Assembly: GCA_015520565.1 (NCBI GenBank)
Contig: WAPW01000045.1
Location: forward strand, 1 to 61,749
Direction: 5' to 3'
DNA from: Aciduliprofundum sp.
Lineage (GTDB): Archaea; Thermoplasmatota; Thermoplasmata; Thermoplasmatales; Aciduliprofundaceae
Length of the DNA stretch: 61,749 nucleotides
A model generated the notes under the pieces. The model was given only the letters and a program-made list of their open reading frames with translations, was not told where the DNA came from and searched no databases. Both the position numbers and the translations under genes were made by a program. Shown here in pieces: positions 1 to 10,711 of the stretch; position 1 is the stretch's first letter, and the number at the start of each line of letters is the position of its first letter.

Positions 1-2430
1 GTGTCAAGTTGGGAAGTAGGGGAAGTAATAAGGTACCATAGGGTCTGGGTAAATGCGACGATAAAGAGTGTGTATGCTTGGAACGGAGTGCAGATCAATT
101 TGTATTTAGATAACATGAGCACGCTGATAAACAGCACTACGATTAATTTAAACAGTGGGGAAAACAAAATATCATTTCTATGGTATGTTAATCAAAATAT
201 ATCCATAGGCGATCATGTGTTAATACTTTATATCTCCCATAATCTTTATTTGAAATCTTATCAAATAAATGTCAAAAGGGATGTAAATTTGGCTGTTGAA
301 GAGCTCTATATATCTCCCACATCCTCGTATGTTGGTGAGACGGTAAATATTACTGCTAGTATTCATAATCTTGGAATGGAGGTACCAGCATCTGCAATTG
401 TATACATAAATATTTACGATCCCTATGGAACATTGATAAAAAATGAAAGCTTTATGTACTCCTCCCTTACCACTATTTATTCTACTTCTTTTGTGCCTAA
501 CACAGATGGCTCATACAAGATATCTGTAAAAGTGGTATCTGCAGATGATTATAGCTTGGCAAATAACGAAATGACGAAATATATTGATGTATATCCTGAG
601 CCGTTTAGTGTTGTAATTAATGCAAAAAATGAATATGTAAATGGTACAAATATAATAGTTAATGCAACATTAAATAGCAATATTGATGCTAATGTTACCA
701 TTATACTTTACATACCGCAATGGAATATTGCTCTAAGCCCAGTTACTCCTAGCAATCCAATAAGCGTTAAGAAAAATGAGCCATTAGTGGTTGGATTTAT
801 CATTTCCTCTAGTATCTATCAGCGCTATCTTCAAGGAAGGACATTCATAGAAGTTGGGTATCAAATAAATATAACTTCAGATATAACGGGAGATGCCCTC
901 TATGTGCATACAGCACCATCTATAACTATTAAAGAGAAGGTAAATTTTGTTCTAACCCATTTTGTTGTTCTTGAGGGTAATAAAGAGGTATCTAAAGTTC
1001 CTGAGGGTGTAAAAATTACCATTGGATTTATAGCTAGAAATATGGGTGGTACATCGGGAAGATTAGAATATGTCATACTTGATAATGGAAAGGTAATACT
1101 GAGAGGGAATGTAAGCTCTTTATCTCCCGGTAGTTACAAAGCTATATTCTACAATTACACAATTGAAGGTTTAGGGAACCATAGTATTATGGTAAAACTA
1201 AATCCCAATGGTACAGTCAATGAAAGTAAGTATGGTGACGATGTTGGTATAAAGAGAATAGTAGTTATTCTTCCGGCTATGAGAATATTCTTTACAAGCT
1301 ATTCTCTAGAGCATAACGAGAAAGTATATGCAGGGGATACTTTAGTGGCTGTAGTGAGAATAATAAATTTAAATGCCACGCAATCACAAGGAAGGACAGT
1401 GTATATGAAGGGAGTAGAAGTTAAGTTAACTCTTACAGGTGGCTTGGGTACATACATAGAAAAGACGAATAGGTATGGGCTTGCAATCTTCCACATAAAG
1501 GTTCCAGCTGCTGGTTCTTATGCTCCTCAACTCTCTCTTTATTATCAGGGAACAACAACAATCTATACACCTCATATCCTAATATCTGTGCAAAAGAAAC
1601 CCTTCACATTGCCTTGGATATGGATTATTGTAATAGTAATTGTAGGTGGGGTAGGAGGATTCTTCCTCTATGGATTCCTATCCTTTAAGAAAGAAGCTCC
1701 TGAGTATATGGTGTGTGGTAATTGTGGGCACCTAGTACCTGCAGATGCTGAGAGATGTCCATACTGCGGAGTTGTGTTTGAAAAAGAGAAAGTTAAATGC
1801 CCAGTTTGTGGCTCTTGGATAGAAAAAGATTCAAAATTCTGTCCAATATGCGGTACAGTATTTATGTCTTCTGATGATCCAGAGTATGAGAAGTATACGA
1901 AACTCAAGGAGAATTACGATAGATATCTAAGTAAGTATAAGGAGGAGGCGAAGAAGTACATAGGGGAGAAATATACTGATGAGGAGTTCTTCAAGTGGTG
2001 GAAGACAAATCCAGAGTTCATATCCTTCTTAGAATGGGTAAAGAGGCAGGAAGAGAAAATTGAAGGAGATACAGTGAGATGTCCAGTTTGCGGAGCATTG
2101 AATCCCAAGGGTGCTAAGATTTGCAGAGTATGTGGCTCTCCTCTTCCTACTGGAGAAGAAAAAGAGGAGAAAGAAACTAAAATTGAAGAGAAGGAAGCAC
2201 CAATTCCTCCAGAAGAGCTTGAAAAGCTTCAGAGACCGGGAGTGATTACTGTAGAAGAGTATGCAAAGAGAAAGGAAATTGAAGGGAAGAAAGAAGAGGA
2301 GAAAAAGGAAGAAGAGAAAGCAGAGGAAAAGAAGGAAGAAAAAGAGAAAAAAGAAGAAAAGCCGGTCATAAAGAAGAAGCTCATAAAGAAAGTTATTGCA
2401 GTGAAAAAGAAGGAGGAAGAGAAGAAATAA
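1..2430 (+). CDS. Membrane-anchored surface protein: CARDB/Ig-like repeats, one TM helix, three cytoplasmic double zinc ribbons, E/K-rich tail (probably 5'-truncated by the window edge)
   Basis: Beta-rich N/S/T-rich repeats (e.g. VGETVNITASIHNLG...NNEMTKYIDV); TM WIWIIVIVIVGGVGGFFLY; six CxxC knuckles (CGNC/CPYC, CPVC/CPIC, CPVC/CRVC). Confidence 0.75.
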   Translation: MSSWEVGEVIRYHRVWVNATIKSVYAWNGVQINLYLDNMSTLINSTTINLNSGENKISFLWYVNQNISIGDHVLILYISHNLYLKSYQINVKRDVNLAVEELYISPTSSYVGETVNITASIHNLGMEVPASAIVYINIYDPYGTLIKNESFMYSSLTTIYSTSFVPNTDGSYKISVKVVSADDYSLANNEMTKYIDVYPEPFSVVINAKNEYVNGTNIIVNATLNSNIDANVTIILYIPQWNIALSPVTPSNPISVKKNEPLVVGFIISSSIYQRYLQGRTFIEVGYQINITSDITGDALYVHTAPSITIKEKVNFVLTHFVVLEGNKEVSKVPEGVKITIGFIARNMGGTSGRLEYVILDNGKVILRGNVSSLSPGSYKAIFYNYTIEGLGNHSIMVKLNPNGTVNESKYGDDVGIKRIVVILPAMRIFFTSYSLEHNEKVYAGDTLVAVVRIINLNATQSQGRTVYMKGVEVKLTLTGGLGTYIEKTNRYGLAIFHIKVPAAGSYAPQLSLYYQGTTTIYTPHILISVQKKPFTLPWIWIIVIVIVGGVGGFFLYGFLSFKKEAPEYMVCGNCGHLVPADAERCPYCGVVFEKEKVKCPVCGSWIEKDSKFCPICGTVFMSSDDPEYEKYTKLKENYDRYLSKYKEEAKKYIGEKYTDEEFFKWWKTNPEFISFLEWVKRQEEKIEGDTVRCPVCGALNPKGAKICRVCGSPLPTGEEKEEKETKIEEKEAPIPPEELEKLQRPGVITVEEYAKRKEIEGKKEEEKKEEEKAEEKKEEKEKKEEKPVIKKKLIKKVIAVKKKEEEKK

Positions 2431-2431
2431 G

Positions 2432-4078
2432 TTAGGTTTCTGATAATACCTCTTCTACTCTTTTTAATACTTCTTCTGGCTTTTTGTAATAAGCAGCTAC
2501 AATTCTAGCAACATCTTTATAGTACCTAACCCCAAGTTTCTCCATATACTCCAATATTCTTTCCCTTCTTTTTACTTCCAGCTCCATTCTTCTCTGAGAC
2601 CATCCTTTTATTGTTGCAATTTTCTCATATATATAGCTATGGCCACTATAATTAAAGGTATCGTCGGCGGGATTCCATGTATATGCGTTATTTGTAATAA
2701 TCTCGTTTGTTTCTGGGTCCATTCCTACGATTTCTGTTATTGATTTCACTCTTCTTGTCATAGTAGTTCCAACTTTCACTTGGGCTTGTAAAATCACTAT
2801 GTCTAAAGCCGTTATTAATGCTCTCGGCAAGTTTATGGGGGCATTTTCAAATCTATGCACCATGGATTTAACATCATCTGCATGGAAAGTTGTATAGCAA
2901 GTTTTTCCAGTAGCCATGGCCTGAAATACGGTGTATGCCTCTGCACCTCTGACCTCGCCTACCATAATATACTGGGGTCTTTGTCTGAGGGCAGCTTTAA
3001 GCAAGTCAAACATATCTATTTCTCCCGGTTTCTTTCCAGTTATTGGATTTGGCTCACCAACACCTTCCCTTGTTAATGAAGGTATCCAATTTTCATGGGG
3101 AAGATTTAGTTCCCTTGTATCTTCTATGCTTGCAATTTTCATATTTGGCGGTATGAACAATAGTATTGCATTTAGTGTGGTAGTTTTGCCGCTAGCTGTA
3201 CCACCACAAACTATAATGCTCATTCCATTCTCTACTGCTAACCATATATAAGCCATCATCTCTCTACTCATAGTTTTAAGCCTTATAAGGTCAACAGGGG
3301 TGAACGGATTGGGTTTAAATCTTCTTATTGTAAATGAAGAGCCTCTTTTAGTTATATGCTTTCCTAAAGTCGCCTGTAATCTGGAGCCATCTGGAAGTGA
3401 AGCATCTACCATAGGGCTAGATATTGAAATATGTCTCCCAGATTTTTGAACGATCCATATGACATAATCATCTAGTTCATTTTCCTTTTGAAACTTCATA
3501 TTTGAACGAATTGAGCCGTACATTCTATGGTATATGTAAATAGGTATATTCACGCCATCGCATGATATATCTTCAACTTCACTATCATGCATAGGCACCT
3601 GCACTAAGCCATACCCTATGAAATCCCTGTAGATATAATATTTTAACCTCTCTAGGACTATAGGGTCTATAGCAGGATTTATTTCTGTGATTATCTCTTC
3701 CGCTTTTTCTAATAAATAACCTTTTCTCTCTTCCTCAGTTTCAAAATCTTTTATTTCAAGAACTTCAATTAATTTGCTCTTAACATCTTTTAACATCTTT
3801 TTATCATCTTCGGTAAGGGGAGGTTCTATTACCTCATATATGTACTCACTAGTAACTTCATCATATAGGATTCTCACATAGGAGTATGGCTCTTCTATGG
3901 GAGTTATCTCTATTTCTTTAATTTTTGATGAATCAATTTTAGGTATAGGGGTTATATTGCTCCCTTGGGTTACATTTTTCTTTGGAGTTTTTACTTTAAT
4001 CTTATCGTTTTTTAGAAGGGGTTTCATCATATTTGCGATTTTTAATTTCGTGGGAATATCCTTTTTTGAGATAGCCAT
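2432..4078 (-). CDS. Type II/IV secretion (pilus assembly) ATPase, FlaI/TadA family
   Basis: Walker A GGTASGKTT, SIEDTREL, LRQRPQYIMVGEVRG, TTFHA. Confidence 0.92.
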   Translation of the reverse strand: MAISKKDIPTKLKIANMMKPLLKNDKIKVKTPKKNVTQGSNITPIPKIDSSKIKEIEITPIEEPYSYVRILYDEVTSEYIYEVIEPPLTEDDKKMLKDVKSKLIEVLEIKDFETEEERKGYLLEKAEEIITEINPAIDPIVLERLKYYIYRDFIGYGLVQVPMHDSEVEDISCDGVNIPIYIYHRMYGSIRSNMKFQKENELDDYVIWIVQKSGRHISISSPMVDASLPDGSRLQATLGKHITKRGSSFTIRRFKPNPFTPVDLIRLKTMSREMMAYIWLAVENGMSIIVCGGTASGKTTTLNAILLFIPPNMKIASIEDTRELNLPHENWIPSLTREGVGEPNPITGKKPGEIDMFDLLKAALRQRPQYIMVGEVRGAEAYTVFQAMATGKTCYTTFHADDVKSMVHRFENAPINLPRALITALDIVILQAQVKVGTTMTRRVKSITEIVGMDPETNEIITNNAYTWNPADDTFNYSGHSYIYEKIATIKGWSQRRMELEVKRRERILEYMEKLGVRYYKDVARIVAAYYKKPEEVLKRVEEVLSET

Positions 4079-4090
4079 TTTTTAATCACC

Positions 4091-4963
4091 TCATACAGCC
4101 CCTAAGAATCTTAAGATGAAATATCCCGAGATGAGTAGTAAAAATGCCCATACAAAACCGCTCTTAACACGCCCATCTGATAGAATTCCTATCATCACAC
4201 CATCGCCAATTCCATGGATTATGGTAGCTAATACAAACAGCAAGCTTATTATTGGTACATACTGATAGGCAATTCCACCTCCCGGCAAAGAGCCAGCAAG
4301 AGCCGCCTTTCTGAAACTTTCTTCTACTGCCATACCCGCCTTTCCCATTTCGGGTAAAAATGAGTTATTAAGTATTATTATAGTTGCAAGGAATACGAAG
4401 AATGAGGTTAAGAGAACAAAGCCATAGGTAAACATCTCAATATTCCTCTCTTTCTCCGCTAGCTGTGTTTCTCTTGCATTTCTAGCTACCATGGAGAGAA
4501 CATCCGCTATATTGCCACCTGCCTCATTGGATTTTATTATTATGGCAGTTATTCTATTTATCAATGGTGTTTGAACCCTTTCATTAAAGGATAGAAGTGC
4601 ATCTCTAACGGGCACACCCCATTCAATTTTAGCTGCCATTCTCTTTATTTCGTCTGTAAGAGCCCCATATTTTCCAGAAGAGGCCACAATGATAGAATCT
4701 GCCAAGGTCATTCCAAATCTGGATGATTCTGCCACATCCCTGAGAAAATCTGGAAATCGTTCCTCCATCTTTTTTATTTTTCTTCTATAAAACAAATCGT
4801 ACATTCCAGGTCCTACGAGAAAAGCTGCAATGCCTGCAACTATAAAATCTAGAGGAATTAAACCACCCATGGTGGTTTTTTGAATGAAGAGCATTGCACC
4901 TAAGCTGAGAAAAACAGCGGCTATTGCAGCTGAAGCGTAAAATATTATTTTTTCTTTTTTCAT
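4091..4963 (-). CDS. Type II secretion system F / TadC-like membrane platform protein
   Basis: FPDFLRDVAES...GM, YGALTDEI, GGNIADVL motifs; several TM helices; operon context. Confidence 0.88.
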   Translation of the reverse strand: MKKEKIIFYASAAIAAVFLSLGAMLFIQKTTMGGLIPLDFIVAGIAAFLVGPGMYDLFYRRKIKKMEERFPDFLRDVAESSRFGMTLADSIIVASSGKYGALTDEIKRMAAKIEWGVPVRDALLSFNERVQTPLINRITAIIIKSNEAGGNIADVLSMVARNARETQLAEKERNIEMFTYGFVLLTSFFVFLATIIILNNSFLPEMGKAGMAVEESFRKAALAGSLPGGGIAYQYVPIISLLFVLATIIHGIGDGVMIGILSDGRVKSGFVWAFLLLISGYFILRFLGAV

Positions 4964-5958
4964 TGAGCCACCTCCTTGCTAGTGCTGTATATAAAGTAGC
5001 TGAATACGAATATTAAAATTGGAATCATTACAAGTACTATAACTTCCAATAGCATGACGGTACTGGGAGCACTATTCTTGTTTATTAATGCCATAATTGC
5101 AATTATTACTACTAAGAAGAGAGGGAATGCAACGCCTACGGTTACATAGATCTCGGCGAATAATCCCAAACTTTCCATATTTTTCTTTAAAGACAACCTT
5201 CTCTCTTTTTCATATTCTTCAGATTTTGACATAAAGAATGGTTTTAATCTACCTCCAGATGTGGCTGTTGTTATCACTCCTTGCAAGAACTCTTGCCATT
5301 TAACAGAGGGACTTCTTCGTGATGCTTCCTCAATTGCAGTGAGAATATCCTTGCCCAAAAGCTCTGTATCCCTTGTTATCCATTCGGCTTCCTTTGTTAT
5401 CTCCCCGTACTCTTTCCTCGTAGATAACTCTTTGAATATAGTTGGAACAGTTACATCGGCAGAGGACAGAGCAGCTATAAAATTCACGGCAGTTGGAAGA
5501 TGAGAGTCAATATCTTTTGCCCTCTTTTTAGCCTTTGAGGAGGGAGAGGATATTAGGGAAAAGTATGTCATAACGGGAATAATTACAGCAATTAGTATGC
5601 CGATGAACATAAATATAACTCCAAAGGTTTTATTTCCAGAGGATAGTCCCATAATGGATAGCATGGCAGCCATTAAAGCACCTATTATTCCAACTAAGAG
5701 AGTGGTAAAATATGTGTATGCAAGGTATTCTTGTGGCCTTAAAAGTATATGGGCTTTTAGAAGGTCCATTTCAAGTTTTGAGTATTTCTTTTTCTTTACG
5801 GCTTTATCTGCCATTTTTCCCATAACCTTCCAAGCTAGCTTGTGGTAAGGGTCAAGAGTTATATATGTTGGTAATGAGCCCTTGGGTAATTTAACTTTAT
5901 AAGGCCTATTTTCCATAGGTGGTGAGTATTTAGAGAACAATTTTGCAAATATTCTCAC
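4960..5958 (-). CDS. Type II secretion system F / TadB-TadC-like membrane platform protein
   Basis: IDSHLPTAVNFIAAL, SPSVKWQEFLQG...SGG; TM helices; context. Confidence 0.88.
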   Translation of the reverse strand: MRIFAKLFSKYSPPMENRPYKVKLPKGSLPTYITLDPYHKLAWKVMGKMADKAVKKKKYSKLEMDLLKAHILLRPQEYLAYTYFTTLLVGIIGALMAAMLSIMGLSSGNKTFGVIFMFIGILIAVIIPVMTYFSLISSPSSKAKKRAKDIDSHLPTAVNFIAALSSADVTVPTIFKELSTRKEYGEITKEAEWITRDTELLGKDILTAIEEASRRSPSVKWQEFLQGVITTATSGGRLKPFFMSKSEEYEKERRLSLKKNMESLGLFAEIYVTVGVAFPLFLVVIIAIMALINKNSAPSTVMLLEVIVLVMIPILIFVFSYFIYSTSKEVAQ

Positions 5959-7592
5959 TCTTCCACCTCCCCGAGCTTTAGCCTAATTTTTTCAGCAGTT
6001 CCAATGGGATCCTTATAGTAATCGGATATGGTAATCCATATCTCTCTAAAATCAACAATTTTCTTTGAGACCCAGTATTTTACAACATCAACTCTCCTTT
6101 CAAACTCTTCCATCATCTCATTATGGGTCATATTCTTCATAGTCATTATCTTGTCAAAAAGATAGCTATGGCCTTTGAATTTATGCGTATCCTTTGCCTG
6201 ATCCCACTCAAACACAACATTTGTTATGATTTCATTAGTTTCTGGTTCAAATCCTACATTTTCAACAACCTGCTCAATTCTCCTAACCATTTCATCTTTT
6301 ACCCTTGCAATTTTCATTATTATTACATTGTTTAATGCAGTCATAAGTATCCTAGGGCAATTTATTGGAGGATTTTCAAGGCGGTGAATCATAGAGACGA
6401 TGGAATCTGCATGCATTGTTGAATAGGTTGTATGTCCTGTAGCCATTGCTTGAAACATGGTGTATGTCTCCCTCCCCCTAACTTCACCCACAATTATATA
6501 GTTAGGCCTCTGTCTTAAGGCAGCTCTAACCAAATCGTACATATCTATTTCTCCAGCAGATTTGCCTGTTAGTGAGGCCTCACCAATGCCGCTTCTTGTA
6601 GTACCTGGAATCCAGTTTTGATGTGGAAGATTTATCTCTCTCGTATCTTCTATACTAACTATTTTTGCAGTTGGAGGTATGAACATTGTAAATGCATTGA
6701 GCGTAGATGTTTTTCCACAAGCGGGGCCTCCAATAACTATTGCACTCTCCCCATGCTCTACCATTAACCAAAGATACGCAATTATCTCAGGAGAAGCAGT
6801 ACCAAATAAAACGAGCTCTGCTGGAGTAAATGGTTTTTCTTTGAATCTCCTTATGGTATATGTACCTCCCTTTGTTGTTACCTCTCTGCCATAGGTGGCT
6901 TGTACCCTATGTCCCTCAGTAGTTGTACCATCCAATATGGGCTCTGCTACTGATATCTGCTTTCCACACTTTTGGGAGATATACACTATAAAAGAGTTTA
7001 GTTCCTCATCATCCTTATACACTATTTTGGTTTTTATAGATTGATACTTCTTATGAAACACATAAACGGGGATTCTAATACCATCGCATGAGATATCTTC
7101 TATGTAATCGTCCCTTATTAATCCATCAATTTTTTGATAACCCACATGGTCTCTAACAACATAATACATAATTCTCTCCTTAGAAATCCTATCTATGTTT
7201 ATTCCCCTAGTTCTCAAAAAGCTATCAACACTTTCTTTAAGGTATTCTTCTTTGTCTCTATTTGTGAGTAGGTCCCATTCGTATTTCAAGGTTCTCTCTA
7301 GAGTGTCATTTATTTCCATAAGAAGTTTCTCTTCCTCTTCTGTAAGAGGTGGCTCTATTAAGTCGTATATGTATTCGTATTCTTCCCTATCATAGATTAT
7401 GCGAGTATATACATAAGGTGGGTAAATAGGATAGATTTCTACTGTTTCATAGGTGGGCTTATCTAATGGAGGTATTGGAGTTATCTCTGTGCTTTTGCCT
7501 AACTCAAATCTTGGAATTTTTATTTTAACTGGTGATTTTATTGCACTTTGAAATAATGAAATATTTAGCTTTTTTATACCTTTATGGAGCAT
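5955..7592 (-). CDS. Second type II/IV secretion ATPase
   Basis: Walker A GGPACGKTS, SIEDTREI, LRQRPNYIIVGEVRG, TGH...STMHA. Confidence 0.92.
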   Translation of the reverse strand: MLHKGIKKLNISLFQSAIKSPVKIKIPRFELGKSTEITPIPPLDKPTYETVEIYPIYPPYVYTRIIYDREEYEYIYDLIEPPLTEEEEKLLMEINDTLERTLKYEWDLLTNRDKEEYLKESVDSFLRTRGINIDRISKERIMYYVVRDHVGYQKIDGLIRDDYIEDISCDGIRIPVYVFHKKYQSIKTKIVYKDDEELNSFIVYISQKCGKQISVAEPILDGTTTEGHRVQATYGREVTTKGGTYTIRRFKEKPFTPAELVLFGTASPEIIAYLWLMVEHGESAIVIGGPACGKTSTLNAFTMFIPPTAKIVSIEDTREINLPHQNWIPGTTRSGIGEASLTGKSAGEIDMYDLVRAALRQRPNYIIVGEVRGRETYTMFQAMATGHTTYSTMHADSIVSMIHRLENPPINCPRILMTALNNVIIMKIARVKDEMVRRIEQVVENVGFEPETNEIITNVVFEWDQAKDTHKFKGHSYLFDKIMTMKNMTHNEMMEEFERRVDVVKYWVSKKIVDFREIWITISDYYKDPIGTAEKIRLKLGEVEE

Positions 7593-8488
7593 TAAGAGCC
7601 CACCTCCACCTCAATGTATACCATCCTAACTAGGATATTCCAAACATTGTAAATCTGAATTTCGTTGCCTGATATTGTATAATAAGGATAATTTGCATTT
7701 TGGAGTGGGGAAGGCACATAGGCAATCCCGCTCTCATTGAGCATGTTTGATATCTCTTGTATCCAATATTTTGTGAAGTTTAAAGGCATAAGCCCATAGT
7801 AATAGGTATCCTTAATGGAGATGGTTATATTCCCCCCACCTAGAAAGTATGTTTGCGTATAAACTCCCTGTAAAGTTATTCCCAAGCTCCTTGTTTCCAC
7901 GCCTGTAATTGTTTTTGGAGGTCCGTATATGTTTTCCAAGGTCATACTGATGTTTGCATATCTACTTGAGTTCTCAAATTTAATATTTGGCTTTATGGGC
8001 ATAATTGCATTCTTTGCATGGAAATTGTACCTTATTATTGCCCCATTCTCATAGGAAAATGTTTCAGGCACATAGTATCTGTTAGGTGCGGTGAATTGAA
8101 TACTTCCTTGAGAATGTAGAGCTATACTATTTGAGTATTTATCTACAAAGCTTACTGTCATATTGTATGTTGAATTTATTCCTGCTGGATAAACTGATAA
8201 CTGCCCATAGGTTGGAGAGGCAACTACAGGCACACCGGGAGCGCCGAGTTTTATGGGAACATAAGCTGTATAATTTGTATTTTTTGTTATAGTAAGTATA
8301 TCCACTATGCTCCTAAGTTGGGATAATTGGGATAGAACTTGCATATCATGCTCTGCCTCGTTCTCTTTTATTTGCACAGGAACAACCTGAATCATGAACA
8401 TTGAAAGCAGGGATGTGAATATCATAAGGGCGAATATAGTACCGACCGTTGAAGCTATACCTTCCTCCTTCCTTCGGATTTTCCTCAT
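7592..8488 (-). CDS. Archaeal pilin-like protein with class III signal peptide
   Basis: MRKIRRKEEG|IASTVGTIFALMIF: charged leader, Gly at -1, hydrophobic helix; first gene of the pilus operon. Confidence 0.7.
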   Translation of the reverse strand: MRKIRRKEEGIASTVGTIFALMIFTSLLSMFMIQVVPVQIKENEAEHDMQVLSQLSQLRSIVDILTITKNTNYTAYVPIKLGAPGVPVVASPTYGQLSVYPAGINSTYNMTVSFVDKYSNSIALHSQGSIQFTAPNRYYVPETFSYENGAIIRYNFHAKNAIMPIKPNIKFENSSRYANISMTLENIYGPPKTITGVETRSLGITLQGVYTQTYFLGGGNITISIKDTYYYGLMPLNFTKYWIQEISNMLNESGIAYVPSPLQNANYPYYTISGNEIQIYNVWNILVRMVYIEVEVGS

Positions 8489-8522
8489 AAATCCAACACC
8501 TATTAACCATAGGGGAGAAATG

Positions 8523-9395
8523 TTATATAAACTTATCTTCCATAGTATTCCACTTTGCTGCTATGAGCTCTTGAACTAATCGCGCTGCCAATACAGATGT
8601 ATTTCCATTGTCGTAGGGAGGGCATACTTCGGTTATATCTGCACCTATCAAATTTGGAGCTAGAAAATCTATTATGCTTTTTACATCCATAGGGTTCAAT
8701 CCGAAGAACTCTGGAGTACCAGTGCCGGGAGCATATGCAGGGTCAATGCCATCTATGTCTATGGATAAATATATTCTCTCTGCATCCAAAATTTCCAATG
8801 CCTTCTTTATTGCCCCCTCCCACCCTATTTTTCGGAATGTATATGCATCAATCCACTGGTAATTCAATTTTTCTGCATCTTTAACCTCTTCTTTAGATGC
8901 TGATCTCACCCCAATGGAAATTATTTTACCATCTAAAATTTCGTATGCTCTTCTAGCTGTGCAAGCGTGGCTGTACTTATTTACCAAGTATTCATCTCTG
9001 AAATCTCCATGGGCATCTATGAATATTATTCCTGCATTTAAATTCTTTAAAATTTTAGCAGCTCCAATTGTTATTGAATGCTCTCCACCTAGCATTATTG
9101 GAAATTTATCTGGTAATATGGATTGCAAGGTAGAATAAACAGAATCAATTACATCATTTACATCTCCAAATTCATCAAGGGTTCCAATATTGCCAATATC
9201 GTGAATGGGAATATCTGAAAGAGAGATTTTGTGCTCCACTACATAACTTTCAAGATTGTAAGATGCTTTTCTTATTTCATCAGGTGCGAATTTTGAGCCA
9301 TGCCGATATGAGGATGTGCCATCAAAGGGAACGCCAAAAATTATGAAAAAAGAATCGTTAAAATTCTCATTTGCATCTGCAAAATGCAGAAGCAT
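8523..9395 (-). CDS. speB: Agmatinase (ureohydrolase family)
   Basis: GGEHS, DAHGD, SIDIDGIDPAYAPGTGTP. Confidence 0.92.
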   Translation of the reverse strand: MLLHFADANENFNDSFFIIFGVPFDGTSSYRHGSKFAPDEIRKASYNLESYVVEHKISLSDIPIHDIGNIGTLDEFGDVNDVIDSVYSTLQSILPDKFPIMLGGEHSITIGAAKILKNLNAGIIFIDAHGDFRDEYLVNKYSHACTARRAYEILDGKIISIGVRSASKEEVKDAEKLNYQWIDAYTFRKIGWEGAIKKALEILDAERIYLSIDIDGIDPAYAPGTGTPEFFGLNPMDVKSIIDFLAPNLIGADITEVCPPYDNGNTSVLAARLVQELIAAKWNTMEDKFI

Positions 9396-9397
9396 AT

Positions 9398-9793
9398 TTA
9401 TTCGCCCATAACCTTCATTATCTTTCTCTTTCCCAATGCTTCCCAGTACTGCACATTCTTCCCTGGAGCTATCTGGTCCTTCAACTCATCTGGGATGGGG
9501 AGCTCAAATGTTTCAAATGTCTCTGAATCCATCAATTGTACTTCATCGCCCATAACTGCGAGAACCTGTGCATCTCTCTTTTCAATTATTGGAACTTTTA
9601 CCTTATGTTTCACAGGATACACTAAGCTTCTCTTCTGTCCATCAAAAACCCCTATTGCAACTATTCTTGCCTTGGCTTCTCCATGCTTCCCTGGCTTGCT
9701 TGTAGTCATTTCAACTATCTTGCATGGCTCATCATCCACGACCATATACCCGCCAACCTTGAGTTCTCGTACCTCAACATCTCTCCATGACAT
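9398..9793 (-). CDS. eif5a: Translation factor aIF5A
   Basis: Hypusination motif [11 protein letters not shown]. Confidence 0.96.
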   Translation of the reverse strand: MSWRDVEVRELKVGGYMVVDDEPCKIVEMTTSKPGKHGEAKARIVAIGVFDGQKRSLVYPVKHKVKVPIIEKRDAQVLAVMGDEVQLMDSETFETFELPIPDELKDQIAPGKNVQYWEALGKRKIMKVMGE

Positions 9794-9880
9794 TTTTAAT
9801 CCCTCGTGGGGGAAATAGGATTGGCTTTATATAGATTTTCTTTCAAAACATTTTTATCGTTGTGCCTAATAACCATTTGA

Positions 9881-10711
9881 ATGAGTAAAAAAGATTCTGC
9901 AAGGGAAGCAGCAGAGGATACTATGAAGGATGTTGTGATTGCTGTTGTTGTAGTTATTATCATCTTCTTATCCTTATATGCTTATACTCAAATATGGCCT
10001 CCCTTGGTGGTTATAGAATCTGGAAGTATGCAGCATGGGGATTCATCTCATATAGGCACAATAGATACCGGAGATATAGTGCTTGTCAAAAAAATTTATT
10101 CTGCAGATGATGTTGTAAGCTATGTTGAGGGAAGGATGAAGGGATATGAGAGCTATGGGGATTATGGGGATGTGATCGTATATAGATGTCATGGAGAGCT
10201 TATAATCCATCGGGCCATAGTTTATTTGTATTGGAATGGTCACCAGTGGAAGATACGGGGATTTGAAAATGGGAAGTATCCCTCTTGGCTGCATGTTACT
10301 CGGGATTACATAACTATTGAGGATGTGGGATATGAGCATAAGAATATAGTTATAAATTTAGAGAGATTGAATCCAAATGAGGTTGGGAAAGAAGGGTTTA
10401 TAACTATGGGTGATCATAATTTGGCTCATTATGGTCCCAGTGCCTATGATCAAAGTACTCAGGGCTTTATTCCTATATGTCCTTATTTGGTAAATTACAA
10501 TATGATTGTTGGGGTTGCTAGGGGTGAATTACCTTGGTTTGGCGCCATAAAGCTGTATTTAACAGGTACGAATATTGGAGAGATACCCTCAAATACTAAT
10601 ACAAATCTAGCCATATCCTTGGTAGTTATAATCGGTGGCTCTATAGGAATAGATTATGCAGTAGCCCATAGAGCTAAAGTGAAGAGGAAGGAAGAGGATT
10701 TAGAAAAATAG
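9881..10711 (+). CDS. Signal peptidase I (S26, archaeal/ER type)
   Basis: N-terminal TM; VVIESGSM catalytic Ser; IIHRA His; ITMGDHN; C-terminal TM. Confidence 0.85.
   Translation: MSKKDSAREAAEDTMKDVVIAVVVVIIIFLSLYAYTQIWPPLVVIESGSMQHGDSSHIGTIDTGDIVLVKKIYSADDVVSYVEGRMKGYESYGDYGDVIVYRCHGELIIHRAIVYLYWNGHQWKIRGFENGKYPSWLHVTRDYITIEDVGYEHKNIVINLERLNPNEVGKEGFITMGDHNLAHYGPSAYDQSTQGFIPICPYLVNYNMIVGVARGELPWFGAIKLYLTGTNIGEIPSNTNTNLAISLVVIIGGSIGIDYAVAHRAKVKRKEEDLEK

Noticed and set aside
2150-2430. GAA/AAG-rich apparent tandem repeats (also 49545-49625)
   Set aside because: Low-complexity Glu/Lys coding tails, not DNA repeat elements
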